A stretch of 64,000 nt of DNA, taken from assembly GCA_000165425.1 (NCBI GenBank), contig CT868049.1, positions 62,001 to 126,000 on the forward strand, read 5' to 3'. The notes beneath the pieces are model-generated. The model ran no database searches. It was given only the letters and a program-made list of their open reading frames with translations, and was not told where the DNA came from. Below, piece after piece: positions 27,054 through 39,468 of this stretch. The stretch's first letter is position 1. Each line of letters starts with the position of its first letter. The DNA comes from Paramecium tetraurelia (Eukaryota). Position numbers and translations under genes: made by a program.

Positions 27054-27387
27054 ATGTCAGAGCATTCACACTTGATGGATGAGAATGTTGTGTAATCATA
27101 AATAAATTTCAAATACAAAACTAAATTGAATGGAATGTATAAAATTATGAGAATGTATTATAAGATCAGAACCAAGTGAATTTTATTGTTTTACCTGCAA
27201 TCAACCAAGAATATCGAGAATAGAATATACATATAGCAAGGCAACATTTATATGGTGTTGTATATTATGCTTTTGCACAATCATTTTGGGTCTATTGCCA
27301 TTTTGCATGTAGAAATGTTCTTCGAAAACGCATTATTGTCCTGCTTGTGATAAGATAGTTGGACACACAGATGGAGAACTTTGTTGA
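27054..27387 (+). CDS. LITAF-domain protein
   Basis: CFTC..hydrophobic CCILCFC..LPFC..HYCPACDKIVG; one intron. Confidence 0.85.
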
Positions 27388-27408
27388 TAAATAAATATAT
27401 TCTAAGAA

Positions 27409-29314
27409 TCATTTCTTCTCAAAAATTGAAATATCAAAGTTTTCAATATCCTATTTTAGCAATTCCTTTCTGTTAATATTCTTTTCCTTTGCTCTCTTCT
27501 TCAACCCCCTCAAATATTACCCTTTAATGAATCTGACATGATTGGGATTGACATCACCCATGAATTTGGCAATCTTCTTATTATTAACTACAATTTCAAA
27601 ATATTTGTACAGTCCTTCCAAGAATTATTTATATTATTCTTCCTTCCATTCCTCCCTATTATCGCTATGATATATGTAGGATCTAAGAACTATAAAAATA
27701 AGACGTACCTCTTCTACTGAGTTTTGGGAGCATTGATATAATTTAGATATTCGTCGATAGCTGAATTGACTTATTCCAAAGAGGATTTCAATCCTAAAAT
27801 GCCATCCTTATTGGTTTTGAGAACTCCAAAGTATTCCTTGAAATGCTCCTTCTTAGAAGTGTATACAATTTCAATGTAGTTGTTGTAGACTCTGAGTAGG
27901 TCGTCATATTAATCAAAAGGAATATCATAATACAATTCTAATTGTGCAAGTACATTGAAATAGTAGTAATCATTCTACATATCAGTTTTGTTCCATTTTT
28001 AATAAGAATTGTGAGATTTATCATTCTTTTCTTCCTCCTCGTAATCCAATTGATTGATTTTCTGATCCTCAAAATTGTAATCAATTCCTAAGATTTATTT
28101 CGCAAATCTAAATGATAGGATGAGAATGTTTCTGATTAAGAGTAATTCCTTTCTATAACTAGCAGGAGTGCTTGAGAAATAATTCTTTAAACTGATGTTT
28201 TGATTTTTGCAATACTACTCAAAATCTGTCATCAATTTATCCTTAGATTAATCCAGATACTTCTAAAATAACTTCATGGATGTCTTCGATTCAGCATTAT
28301 CATCTAAAATGATGTTCTTTTTCTGTTTATTCTACTTATAATTCTCCTGATCACTTAGACACAAATACAACACCAAATTCTGAATTCTCAAATGCTATCT
28401 TGTGAATTCACAATTCTCTCCAAAGATGAATCTGTATATGTAGGGCAGAATCACCAAATCAATTTTATAATAACAATAAACTTGATTTGGGACAAATATG
28501 GTTCTTCGCTCATCAACATCCAATCTCTACAATTCCTTAATCATCACTCTTCTGTCTCTATAGGAAACTTAATCGGTCTTAGCTGATCTGGTCTCTTTAT
28601 TTTGAAAGTAAGTGACTCTGCTCATCAGATCAACAGGTTAATTCTTCACATGATCGACTTGCTATTGCAATTTCAATTGATATTTTCTCTGCTTGCATTC
28701 TACAAGAGATTGGATGATTTCATTGTATGAGTCTATGGCCTATAACTGTTTGTTTTGAGAGCTAAATTTTAGGATGATATTTGTTACTTGGCTTGATCAT
28801 ACTCTGAGATCAAGGCTATCACTTCTGGAATCTTCAAGAATTCGCTTTTGTAATCCACCTTTGAAAAGTCCAAGGATGCCAAATATTTTCTTAGGGCATG
28901 AACATCTTGAAGTATTTCAGATAATGATTTCTTGCCTCCACTCTTTTTCACTTATTCCTAACTGCAATTCGGTTCCAGAGTGTGCAACAACTTAAAACGC
29001 AATTGCACCTCGTTCCAAGCCTCACTTCCATGAATCCAAAACTTAGAATTGAGTCTCATTTCCCTGATTATATAGCTTGTCAATTCCTTAATGGTCTTGC
29101 TTCTCTGCGGCTGGATTGCTAACTCTAGTAAGTAGGTTTGCAGTTCAAACTCAATAAGTGAGCAAAATTCTTTATGAGATATCTTATGCATAATGTGAGA
29201 AGCAAGATGAGGAAGGTAATTGATGTTTAGGTAGGTGTATGGACCCAATTTGGCTTCTTCAGGAGTGAAGATGTGAAGATCAAGAGCTTTCTCATCCATG
29301 CTGAATTTATCCAT
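27409..29314 (-). CDS. hypothetical protein (~600 aa)
   Basis: Long open frame in ciliate code with two 3' introns; no recognised domain. Confidence 0.7.
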
Positions 29315-29351
29315 TTAATAATTTTAATGTATATATATGTACTAGATAACT

Positions 29352-29767
29352 TCACAATGCCTTAATTTTATCTTCTACAAATTATTTTTCATTCTCGCTG
29401 ACCTCAATTGCAAAGTCCTTTACTGCTACAGATGAGCATTTTCTTGATTTGATCTTCTTTGTCTTAGTAAGGAACTTTGAAATGCCAATCCATTCTCCAA
29501 GTAAAGCACCCCCTTCTCCACCTTCCAAACTGGAATTTGGAATTGTTTTGCCAAAGCAATAACCAATTTCTTGTATGTGTCCTCTGAGCAATCATCAGCT
29601 AACACTATGAATTTGGCCTACACTCCTTCAATTACAATACTTATTTGCTTTCAATTGCCTTCGCAGACTTCATGGACTCCCTTGGCCAATTGTCCTCTGT
29701 GTAATGATGTTTATACAACTCTTTTTAAGGTGGTGAGTTCCTCTGATAATTGTTCGACTTCTGCCAT
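29352..29767 (-). pseudogene. RPS12: 40S ribosomal protein S12 (eS12) with two frameshifts (pseudogene or assembly error)
   Basis: LAKGVHEVC[K]AIESKQAKFIVLADDCSEDTYKKLVIALA..GALLGEWIG..KCSSVAVKDF; extra base at ~29662 gives TGA at 29651-29653; second indel in the C5 run at 29509-29513. Confidence 0.85.
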
Positions 29768-30238
29768 AATAAAATAATTTAAATCTTATTTAAATTAAAT
29801 AACATACAAAAACTCAATAACCTATTCTTTCCACACAATTAAACTCACTTGACTAGTCATTTTTATTGTCAATCTTAACAATTACGGCCCCAATGCATAT
29901 GCTATATAATTTATTAATGAAGTTATTTACAAATAACATTATTCTAGGAGTATTAGAATTTATTTAAAGCTTAATTAAATATTTCTCAATTCATTGAGAA
30001 CTCAGCATCTACAGTAATGATTGTATTGATTAAACCAAAAACTGTTTACTTTCTTCTGTCACAATCTCCTTTTAACTTGAATATTATCACTATGAAATAT
30101 AGAATTATAATGAATGAATAAATGTAATTTTACTACATGAGATCCAAAATTCATTCATTATGTCATTTATTCGATATTAATTATAAATCTATTTGGATAA
30201 TGCTGATATTTCTATTTATTAAATAAATTATTATATAA

Positions 30239-31587
30239 ATGGGCGTTGCTTGTTCAGGAAGTAAGAGAAATGAACAATTACTGTAAGTATTATTGAAGAG
30301 AGTAGATTACATGTTGACGTGTACATATGGAAGGAGAAGGAAAAGAAATACCATCTCTATGACTACTCCAGTCATGAATCGCATTATTAGCAATTGTAGT
30401 TGATCTAGGACACAAAATTGTGCAAATATGGAGAAAACATTTTAGCTGTTCAACCAAATGTTACATAACATAAATTTAATGATAGTAAACAATAGAAGGA
30501 GCACAAGAGTTGTTTGTAATCAAGGAGAAAGTCTTGAGACCCATCACAGAAATATGGTCAATAATTAGGAATGACTAAGTGAATGGAGTTCCAGTAACGA
30601 ATGTATATATAATTTTGTATGGAAGAGAGTCTAGCTAATTCCTGGGTAAACCATAAGACTGGGAAGAGTAAAAATCATATTGTGGGAGGCTTGTTTTAAC
30701 CAGGCTATGGCCACGGAGGAAAGCGAAAAAGAGAAGGACGAAGATGCCAATGGGTTGGATGACAGTGAAAACAGCAATGCCGAAAACTCATGTCGAATCT
30801 GTATGAGTAAAGTAGGAACTCTCTCTAATCCATTAATAAATCCCTGCCAATGTAACTAGTATTACCTAAACATATTGCAGGTTCTGGATCTGTCAAATAC
30901 ATACATATTAAATGTCTTTAATAATGGATACACAATAAATTCAAGATTAGAGAACTCAACAATATTGTCCTTTATTTTTGGTCCAATCTCATTTGTGAGA
31001 TTTGCAAGGAATAATATAAATGTAAGACATTACATTCATACATAAATAGTGGAATACAAGTTTTAGAATAGAAAATATCATCTAATAGACATTCCCAGAC
31101 CAAAAGAGGCTTATTTTATATTTTGGATCAGCCACATTGACAAAAACAAAGAGAAAGGATTGTATGTGATAAACTTGAATGGAAGAAGCAACATTAAGAT
31201 AGGAAGAGTATAGGAGAATGATATTAAGTTGCAGGATATCAGTGTCTCCAGAAATCATGCACTCATTACATTTAATAGAGAGGATGAATCAATTTACTTA
31301 GAGGATTTAGGCAGCAAATTCGGCACTCTTTTATAAATTGATCAATTGAAATTAGATTGCAAATCGATTATCTAAGTTGCAAATTCGGTGTTTATTTTTG
31401 ATTACTTGAGAAAGAATCAAAAACATTATGAATTGCCGAGTTTCTACAAAGTAGTCGAAAAGGAAACGCAATAGCAGCCTTAAGTAAGCATATACAATTT
31501 TAATAAATTTAGGATTGCGTTGAAGATGACGTTTTGGTCAATGTGGATAATAACAAGTATTTGAGTGGAGATAATGAAGCCTCTTGA
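30239..31587 (+). CDS. RINGv (MARCH-type) E3 ligase with FHA domain, N-acylated
   Basis: MGVAC start; CRIC..NPLINPCQCSGSVKYIHIKCLQQWI..CEIC; FHA IGR..DISVSRNHA..DLGSKFGT; 6 short introns. Confidence 0.9.
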
Positions 31588-32806
31588 TTTTACTGAACCA
31601 ATGAAACTATATTAATATTTTAATTCATTTAATATTGAATGGCGTACTTTTTTATTATGATTTATATTTTTTAATAAGATTGTCTTATAAAGTTGCCAAA
31701 TATTCAATATATGTTCAATCTTATTCTATTAGACTTAATTGACATATGCTCTCCATAACTTCAGAAATGTTGGAGTCAATAAATTGAAAACGTTTGGCCA
31801 TTAGCTAAATTAAGAGTATAACTTCGAAAATAAAAGAATTGATTAAAACCTATGAGGTAAATTATTTTAATATTGTAGATTAGGTATCATAAGTTTGATA
31901 TAATTTAGAACAGTGTATTTTTTAAATATTTTTGTTTACTTAATAATGATAAAAGTGATAAAAAACCTTATACTATTTTTACTATTTCTTTTTTGTTGCT
32001 TCTGAAGAAACTATTTGTAATATTAGTAAAATTATTCATAGCTCTTAGATAATGAAATGTTCAATTTGACTAACATTCAACAAGAATGTTTTATGTTTGT
32101 TGATAGTTATACTTAAAATGAAATTAGATATTTTAAATTGGTGCAAATTAAGAATTTTAAATTACTTGGAGATTAACTAATAAAATTATAATGAACTTTA
32201 GAATTTAAAAATAGTAATCAAATTTTAAAAAAAAGTAAAATTTTTTTAAGGTTGAGGTAACAAAAATTAGAATTGAAAACCACAATAATGATATATCATA
32301 TATCTGCTATTAAGTATGTTTACGATATTATGAAATTTTCGAATTGAATATAAATCTTTAAAAAGCAAAATTCAGTCTAATAACTTGACATTCACACAGT
32401 CATGCATTCTTAATATATAATTCCCTCACTTTAATTACAGAGGCACCCTTCAGACTATTTGGTCTTTGTTAATTTTAGGGGTGGCATCACTTATCATATT
32501 AGAGTTTGATACCTCTGACCTAATTGCTCTTGGTCTAAGAAGCCATAACCTCATAGAATTTAAAATGAAAAAAGTAATCAGTATTATTCCTGTAAGAGAT
32601 ATAAGTAAATATATTTGTAAATTGCTTTAAAATTTAAATATAAATCGATAAATATACACATAAATAGAGACTTTGTTATGATAAATAAAAGGCCAGATAA
32701 GAAATGGTTGTCTTCATGCAATCATCTCTTTAAATACACACTGCTGAGAGAGACTGTAATATTTATATAAGTCTACTAATAATTAAAGTATATATTATCA
32801 ATTCTA

Positions 32807-33565
32807 TCATAATCTCCTTGTATTCAAACTCTTAATTCTATATTCAGTTTTAATTCGCTATTGACTTCGAATTGTTGGATTTAAGGGTTATTGGCTCCTA
32901 TTTTCTTTGGTGTTTTTTGTTGGCAAAATAACCTATTTGTGTTTTCTATGGTTTGTCCTAACTCTGAAATAGTCCCAAAATCTCATATAATTCAAATCAT
33001 CATTAATATTATATTACTAAGTATAATCCTTGAGATTCTCAAGAGGCAAGATCTTCTTATATTTTAGATAATGAAGTTTCAACTTATTGATTAATTTTTA
33101 TGTTTCCAATGCCAACTATTCCTCTGAGATCTACTCCTTTTTTTTTGGGTAAGTCTCAAAGCGTATTTTGTAGAGCATTTGCAATTCATCTGTTGGTGAT
33201 AAATATGAGAATTCTCCTAGATGAACTCCCTTCAATAGTATTTCATCATCATTCCAAATGTTATGTTCTGATGCATCTGAACTTGAGTCCGAAGAGGAAC
33301 TGCTGTCTTATTTGATCTCAACTGCAGGCTTTTAGAATCTCGACTTTCTAGATGAAACCTTCTGATTTTGTGGAATTTTCAAAGTATCTGGAGTATTAGG
33401 CTCGCTGACCTCTTTCAAAGGTTAAAGAGGCTGTTAAATATATATTGGTTATTTAAATTTAATTTCTGACTTTGTTGAAGTGCTATCGGAATCATTAGAT
33501 GAAGTTGATTGTTTGCGACTATTAGATGTTCTAATAATAACAGTCCTATGTAGGTTTTTTATCAT
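32807..33565 (-). CDS. hypothetical Ser-rich protein
   Basis: Intronless open frame MIKNLHRT..SSSSSDSSSDASE..MRFWDYFR..*. Confidence 0.6.
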
Positions 33566-33679
33566 TTCGATAATAAAAATTTAATATTAAAAATTAATTT
33601 ATTGTGGATGCTACTTTTGTTTATCATCATTATCACTGTTTAAATTTAATTCAATTTATAAATGACTATGCCATTAATC

Positions 33680-34284
33680 AAACTAATCCTCCTGAATTTA
33701 ACTTGTTTCTAATGACTGTACTTAATTCAGCAGAATTAATAAACTCTTTGCCATTTCTTGTGGTTTGGAGTTAATTTGATATTGCGCCTTAAGTTTATTG
33801 TATATTTAGATCATTTATGCTTAAGCATCCTAATCCATAAAGAATCCTTGTAGTTTTGTAAATCTTATTCAGTCTCTTGACTCGATTTTAATTTATCTTA
33901 ATACTAATGTTAGTTTAATCAATTCTTGGTAATAGGATAGCCTCGATAAAGTCTTTTTAAGTGAAAATATTGATTTCTGTTTATCCAATATTGATGTCTA
34001 AGTTTTCTTAGGTCACTTGATGTAAATTAGTTGATCAAGCGAAATCATCTTAATTCATTTTCTAAGTCGCCTATTGCTGTTATCAAATCATCTAGATTTT
34101 CATTACTCTGATACCAAAAGGCCTTCTCATTTCAGCATGTGTTTAAGCCATTTCATTATATATTTTCCTAAATAGCTTTAAAATAACTCATCAAGATTTC
34201 TGTGCTCACTTACACCATATTTGAGTGAATTGAATAGTATATCGATAAAGCTATATCAAAGCTAATTGTTTTAGCATAAACCAT
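33680..34284 (-). pseudogene. probable decayed gene relic
   Basis: Coding-like fragments in alternating frames with TGA stops. Confidence 0.25.
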
Positions 34285-34533
34285 TTATAATAATAATGTA
34301 ATCCGTTTTAATATTTTATATCAAATATTTTGACTATTTTGATCAATTATGATCACTTGAATCAACCAATTATGCACAAACAATAAAATTTACATCAATA
34401 TATTCTCACATATGGCATTAGAAGGAAATAACTTCTTAAGTAAAATTACAACTTGAGTAAGGGAGACAAATTTATATTTATTTATATATCTAAGTAGATT
34501 TATATTATTTTTGTTTTGAATGATTATTGTTGT

Positions 34534-35692
34534 TCATTTAGTATATTTCTTAAATCCATCAGTATACTGAGATTATCCTAAATTGAAATCCATGGGTTCG
34601 TCTACTCCCACATAGATCTTATTCATTGCTTGATTAATTGGGGATGGTGGGATATTAAAATAGACTTACGGAGGCACAATGAATTGCACACTAGGTTATA
34701 AGACCTTACTATTATTCAATGAATCAATCTAAGTAAATAAGAAATGGACTTACTCTGTCTTTGTTGAAAAACTTATTGTATTAATCACTTAGAAAATTAT
34801 GGGGTTTACTATTGTTATTACCATTTAGTAAGCTATCCATTTTCATTAATTTGATTTGATTTGAAGAGGTAAACATTGATAGTTATTATTTAAAATCCTA
34901 CTAATCGGGGGAATTTGACTAATCGTCTAATTGATTACCGCATTAATAAAGATCATCGAAATTTCTAGCTTACTGATGATCAATGATATCATTGAAAGCA
35001 ATCTCATCATTTGTTTTCTTGCTTTTAGGTTACATTTTATTTTTTGATTGTTCAAATTCCTCTTATTTTGGCTCAATTTTGACAATTTTCCTGGATTCTT
35101 ATTGAATTTGTTTTTCTTGATTCTCTAAAACCTTGTTTCTCAATCTCATTTGTTATTGACCCTTCTGATATTATTGATTTTGCTAAATAAGTTAGGATTA
35201 TTAGATAAATAAATGTTATTAATTTAAATGTTCCTATGCTCTTGTCCTTTTCTATTCTATACTTAACTCACTTTCTGCTTCTGATTATGATTCATTATCT
35301 TTCTTTTTTTAGAATCCAGGATACTAAATATAGGTAATAGAAATACATCCTATTTTGTGAAAATCTTTTTGTGATTTGATTATATCAATTCCATTTCGGT
35401 ATTCTCGTTTGACATAAATTAATAGACATTGCCACCTAAAAATAATTTATGTTTTATTTTACTTAAATCCGTAAAACACAAAAGCATTTTGATATTGCAC
35501 AATACTGATAATTCGCAAGCCTTTTTCAACAATCCATTTTTTCTTTTGTTAAAAGTTATCTAAAATATAATTATAAGTTTATAAATTATATAATGCTTCT
35601 AAAAATAGTAGAACAAGCATTTAATTAAATAAAATTACATTTCTAATACGATCATCTTTTATATACTGAATGTCAATTTTATTTCTTCCCAT
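34534..35692 (-). CDS. MADS-box (SRF/MEF2-type) transcription factor with Q-rich C-terminus
   Basis: MGRNKIDIQYIKDDRIRN|ITFNKRKNGLLKKACELSVLCNIKMLLCF. Confidence 0.9.
35560..35638 (-). other. unusually long (79 nt) structured intron inside the MADS box
   Basis: GTAATT...TTTTAG must be removed to join RIRN to ITFNKRK; contains two inverted repeats. Confidence 0.75.
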
Positions 35693-35852
35693 TTTTATAA
35701 TTAATTATTTAATATTTAATAAATAATGAATATTATTTTTGGCTAAATAGTAAATTTTCAATTATTTAGTTTAATAACATATCTAACAAACAACATCAGA
35801 TTTGCAATTAATATATTTAAATATAAGCAATACAATATCAATATTCGAATTT

Positions 35853-38773
35853 TCATTCTTTTTTAAAATCACAAGCGCTATTGTTGTCTAATCTTTGATT
35901 TCTCTATAACACTTAAGATTTAAGCTGCATGCCTTTGAGTCTTCTTTGGCCTCTTCGCCTTCATTAAGACGATATCCAAATTGAAATTGACAAAATAATG
36001 TTTCGTGTTGAAGCATTGATCTATATCAAAATCTATTCTTTGTCTTGATTTATAAGAAATTTCTTCCAGTTTAGAATTGCTAGTTTCCTAAATCATGGAA
36101 AGTGAAAATTATCTCAAATCCGACCTTGACTATTATTATTAAGTTTTAATCAATTGGGTCATCTGTTAGTCAAGATTTTGATATGAATTAGAATTTCCTT
36201 TTCTTAATTGCCTAGATCTTGATGAAATACTGGCATGATGCATTTACATCTATTAAGTCGGCTAACAAATTTATTATGGCTACAATTAAGATGCATAGGA
36301 GTTTTAGGATTAGGAACTTTGTTATAAAACCTATCCCAAATTGGATAGATCTTAGGATAGAGCAGATATAGAGCTGCCCCGATGATTTTGAATTTATGAT
36401 AGTTTGGCAAAGGTTCTTTTGCTTCCCCTGACACGTTTAAATTTGGAAGTCTGTTTACCAAATTCCTTAGATTCAGGGGATATTTGCAGGAATTAAACTT
36501 TCTTCTCAAGATTAGGACTTTTTGATTAATTTATTAGATGAATTTAATTGTCCTCCTCATCAGAATCTTGGCTACTTGAGTTTTAGGTGTTGCTTGTTTT
36601 CATACTTAATAATGTCTTTATCATATGATTATTCTAATTAATATTGATGACATAGCCTAACGTATCTAAATATTGATCAGTCAAGTCTTCCAGAGGTATG
36701 TAATTGTTGTCTACAATTTATTGAAGAGCTGATTCTTGTAAAAGTTATTTGTCGAATCTTGTTTTTTCGTTGAGATATCTTTTATATCTTTTTCTTTTAT
36801 TATCCTCTGTTATCATGAACCTCTTTCGCAATCTATCAAGGTTAACATGATAGAATACGAAAGGGCATTTCATAAACTGGTGAGTCCATCTGCATATATA
36901 GCATACTTCTCCATAGTTTTATTTCTCCTCATTAAATAGCATCTCATCCTTCAACATTTAGTAATTCTCTTCCTCTATTGGATCTTCTTTTATGATTTTA
37001 AAAAAATCCTCATATTGGATATAAGCAATTTGACAGAACTTAGTAGTCCTTATGGAATAATCGTATCGAGATTAAATAATGAATTCCTTTTCTCCTATAA
37101 ATTTACCAGCATTAATGACTGCTAATTGAGTTTCTCTGTTTGCTTAATCGCAAATCAAATTTATTTATCCTTTCTATAAAAAGAACAGCTTATTAGCCAA
37201 TTCATTCTGAGCCTCCACGATCTCTTCAGGAGCCATCCTCTTCTCTCTCACATAACAACATAGCTTCTTGACACTCTTCTCTGATAGGGTTTTCTTAATA
37301 AGTCTGGAACTCATCAAAGTATTGTGATATAAATCAATAGCAACTTATTCCTTTAGCTTCTTATTTAATGCGTTCATCATATTCTCTCCAAACTCAGTAT
37401 TCTCATCTTGCATTTTCAAGTAATATTCAAAATATTTTCTTACTGACAAAATCAATTGCTTGCTTAATTGCCTCTTTTTTACATAATTGTTTAGTTATGT
37501 CATCTTCTATTTGTAAATTTACTCCTTCTCTGTTAACTGTCTCAGTATATTTCCAATACTTGATATAGTGTATCCGAACAACCCACATATCACCATAGCC
37601 ATCAGGATCACAAATATCCTTTCGAGATCACTTTAAGGAACTATATCCCCATATCCCACTGTCAGGGTGGTGACGGTAGTAAAGTATAGTGAATGGATGT
37701 ATCTTGAATCCCATTAGGCATCAACGATACCCTTTGAATCCAACCAAGAATAATTCCCAGCATCTTATTGCATCTATCCGATCAAATTCCATAAACAAGC
37801 ACAGCAATGAGAAACAAACAATAATAAAAAGACCGATTTAAATAATTCCAACACTGTTTACATTGTGATTGAAGGGTTGATTGCTTCCTCTACTGAATTA
37901 ATCAAAGTCTTTACTTTTGCCAATCTCAGCATTAAAATATACTCAGTGTATTTTATTTTGAAGGAGGATAAGATGAATGGAATTGCGATCAATAGATCCC
38001 ACCACAATTCATATCTTGCATAATTTCTGATGATATCCTTGTGGCTTTTGTGGATCTACCCCTTACTGTAATAAGCAGTGAAGAAATTTATGATTATATC
38101 CACAATAAAGGTCCAAGAGGGTAATGATTCAAAAAATAATTGATACAGTATTCCCTCGTTTTAAAAGCCAAATCCTATTTTCATTGGGATATAAAAAATA
38201 TTCAAGATTATTTAAATTAATAGAAGTATATCCCACATCACCTTAAAATTAGAATCCGGATCCATGATCGGAATGTGGCTTAAGGCCCATTTTAAATTTT
38301 AAATGAGAATTTAAATTTTATTCATATGTTTCTACAATAACACATCTGAATCACTTGCAGCATCTGATATTAATTTAAGAATGTTTGCATTTAGAGATTT
38401 AAATTTCACTTAAGTTGAATGATTTTTCATTTGTTTCACAAATTTAGTCATAAAGAACATAATCCTAAGACCCTTGGTACCCCACTTTTTATTTTTTATC
38501 TTAATGAGCTAGTCTTGACTGCTCTCTATATCTCTATCGAGAGGCATTTTAGTTTCTCTCTTTTATTCAGTTATTTCGAATATACTTTATGCTAATTTCT
38601 ACTCAGAACTAATGCTGGGTTCAAAAGAAACATCTTCGCTATTGTTATCACATTATGGTAAAGAGAAATCAGGTCGATTACTTAAAGATCGGCTTAGTAC
38701 AGGGCTAACTTCAATTTCAAATACGATACACATTTTAGAATCTGTTAGAATAAGAATTTATGATGCTTGACAT
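35853..38773 (-). CDS. voltage-gated K+ channel with cyclic-nucleotide-binding domain (EAG/KCNH-like)
   Basis: PDSNFKVMWD S1 entry, HCCACLW S5, pore TTVTTLTVGYGDIVP, CNBD FGE motif. Confidence 0.9.
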
Positions 38774-39468
38774 CCAAATCGAAACTAGTATTAAAATTAA
38801 TATTGCTAAACTAAATTAATTATATCCAATAATATGATGGCTTATTTACTAACAAAAATGTTGTTTACACTTGAATGAGATCATTACATTCACGATTAAT
38901 AAATTGTAATAAACAACATTAATAATTATTATTCCAAAAAACAATATCCTAATATCTACAACTTAAGTCTATAAGATTACATTAATTATTTATAACTAAT
39001 TAATAGTAATTCTGTTTGCTTAATTAAATAAAACATAAATAGATATGGCTCAGTTTCATTAAATTAAATATCAAAATGACGAATGATTGTTTCTTCCAAA
39101 GTGATTCATTTCAGTATTTGCATTTAATAAACTTTAAAATTACATCAATTTGAAATTATTAATTTGAACCTCCATTTTTTGTAATTATATTCTGAATTTA
39201 ATATTTAAAATGCATATGCATATGATTGTTTAATTTATCTTAACTGTATTTAGTATTGTTTAATTGCATAAGACTAGAGCTTTGGAACTTCTGTTTTTTA
39301 AGCAATTTTCAATTTAAATAATTCTATTAAGTGATACTTTACAAAGTATTTTATATACACCATATAATTATACAATCATTCTAATTTTCTATATTATTGA
39401 AAAATAAAAAAAGAAATGAGTCATGTTATAAATTGCTATTTAAATTATATAATTTTTTTAAAGGAAAA

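Noticed and set aside
32440..32800. Possible small membrane-protein gene on the minus strand
   Set aside because: Could not build an unambiguous exon structure
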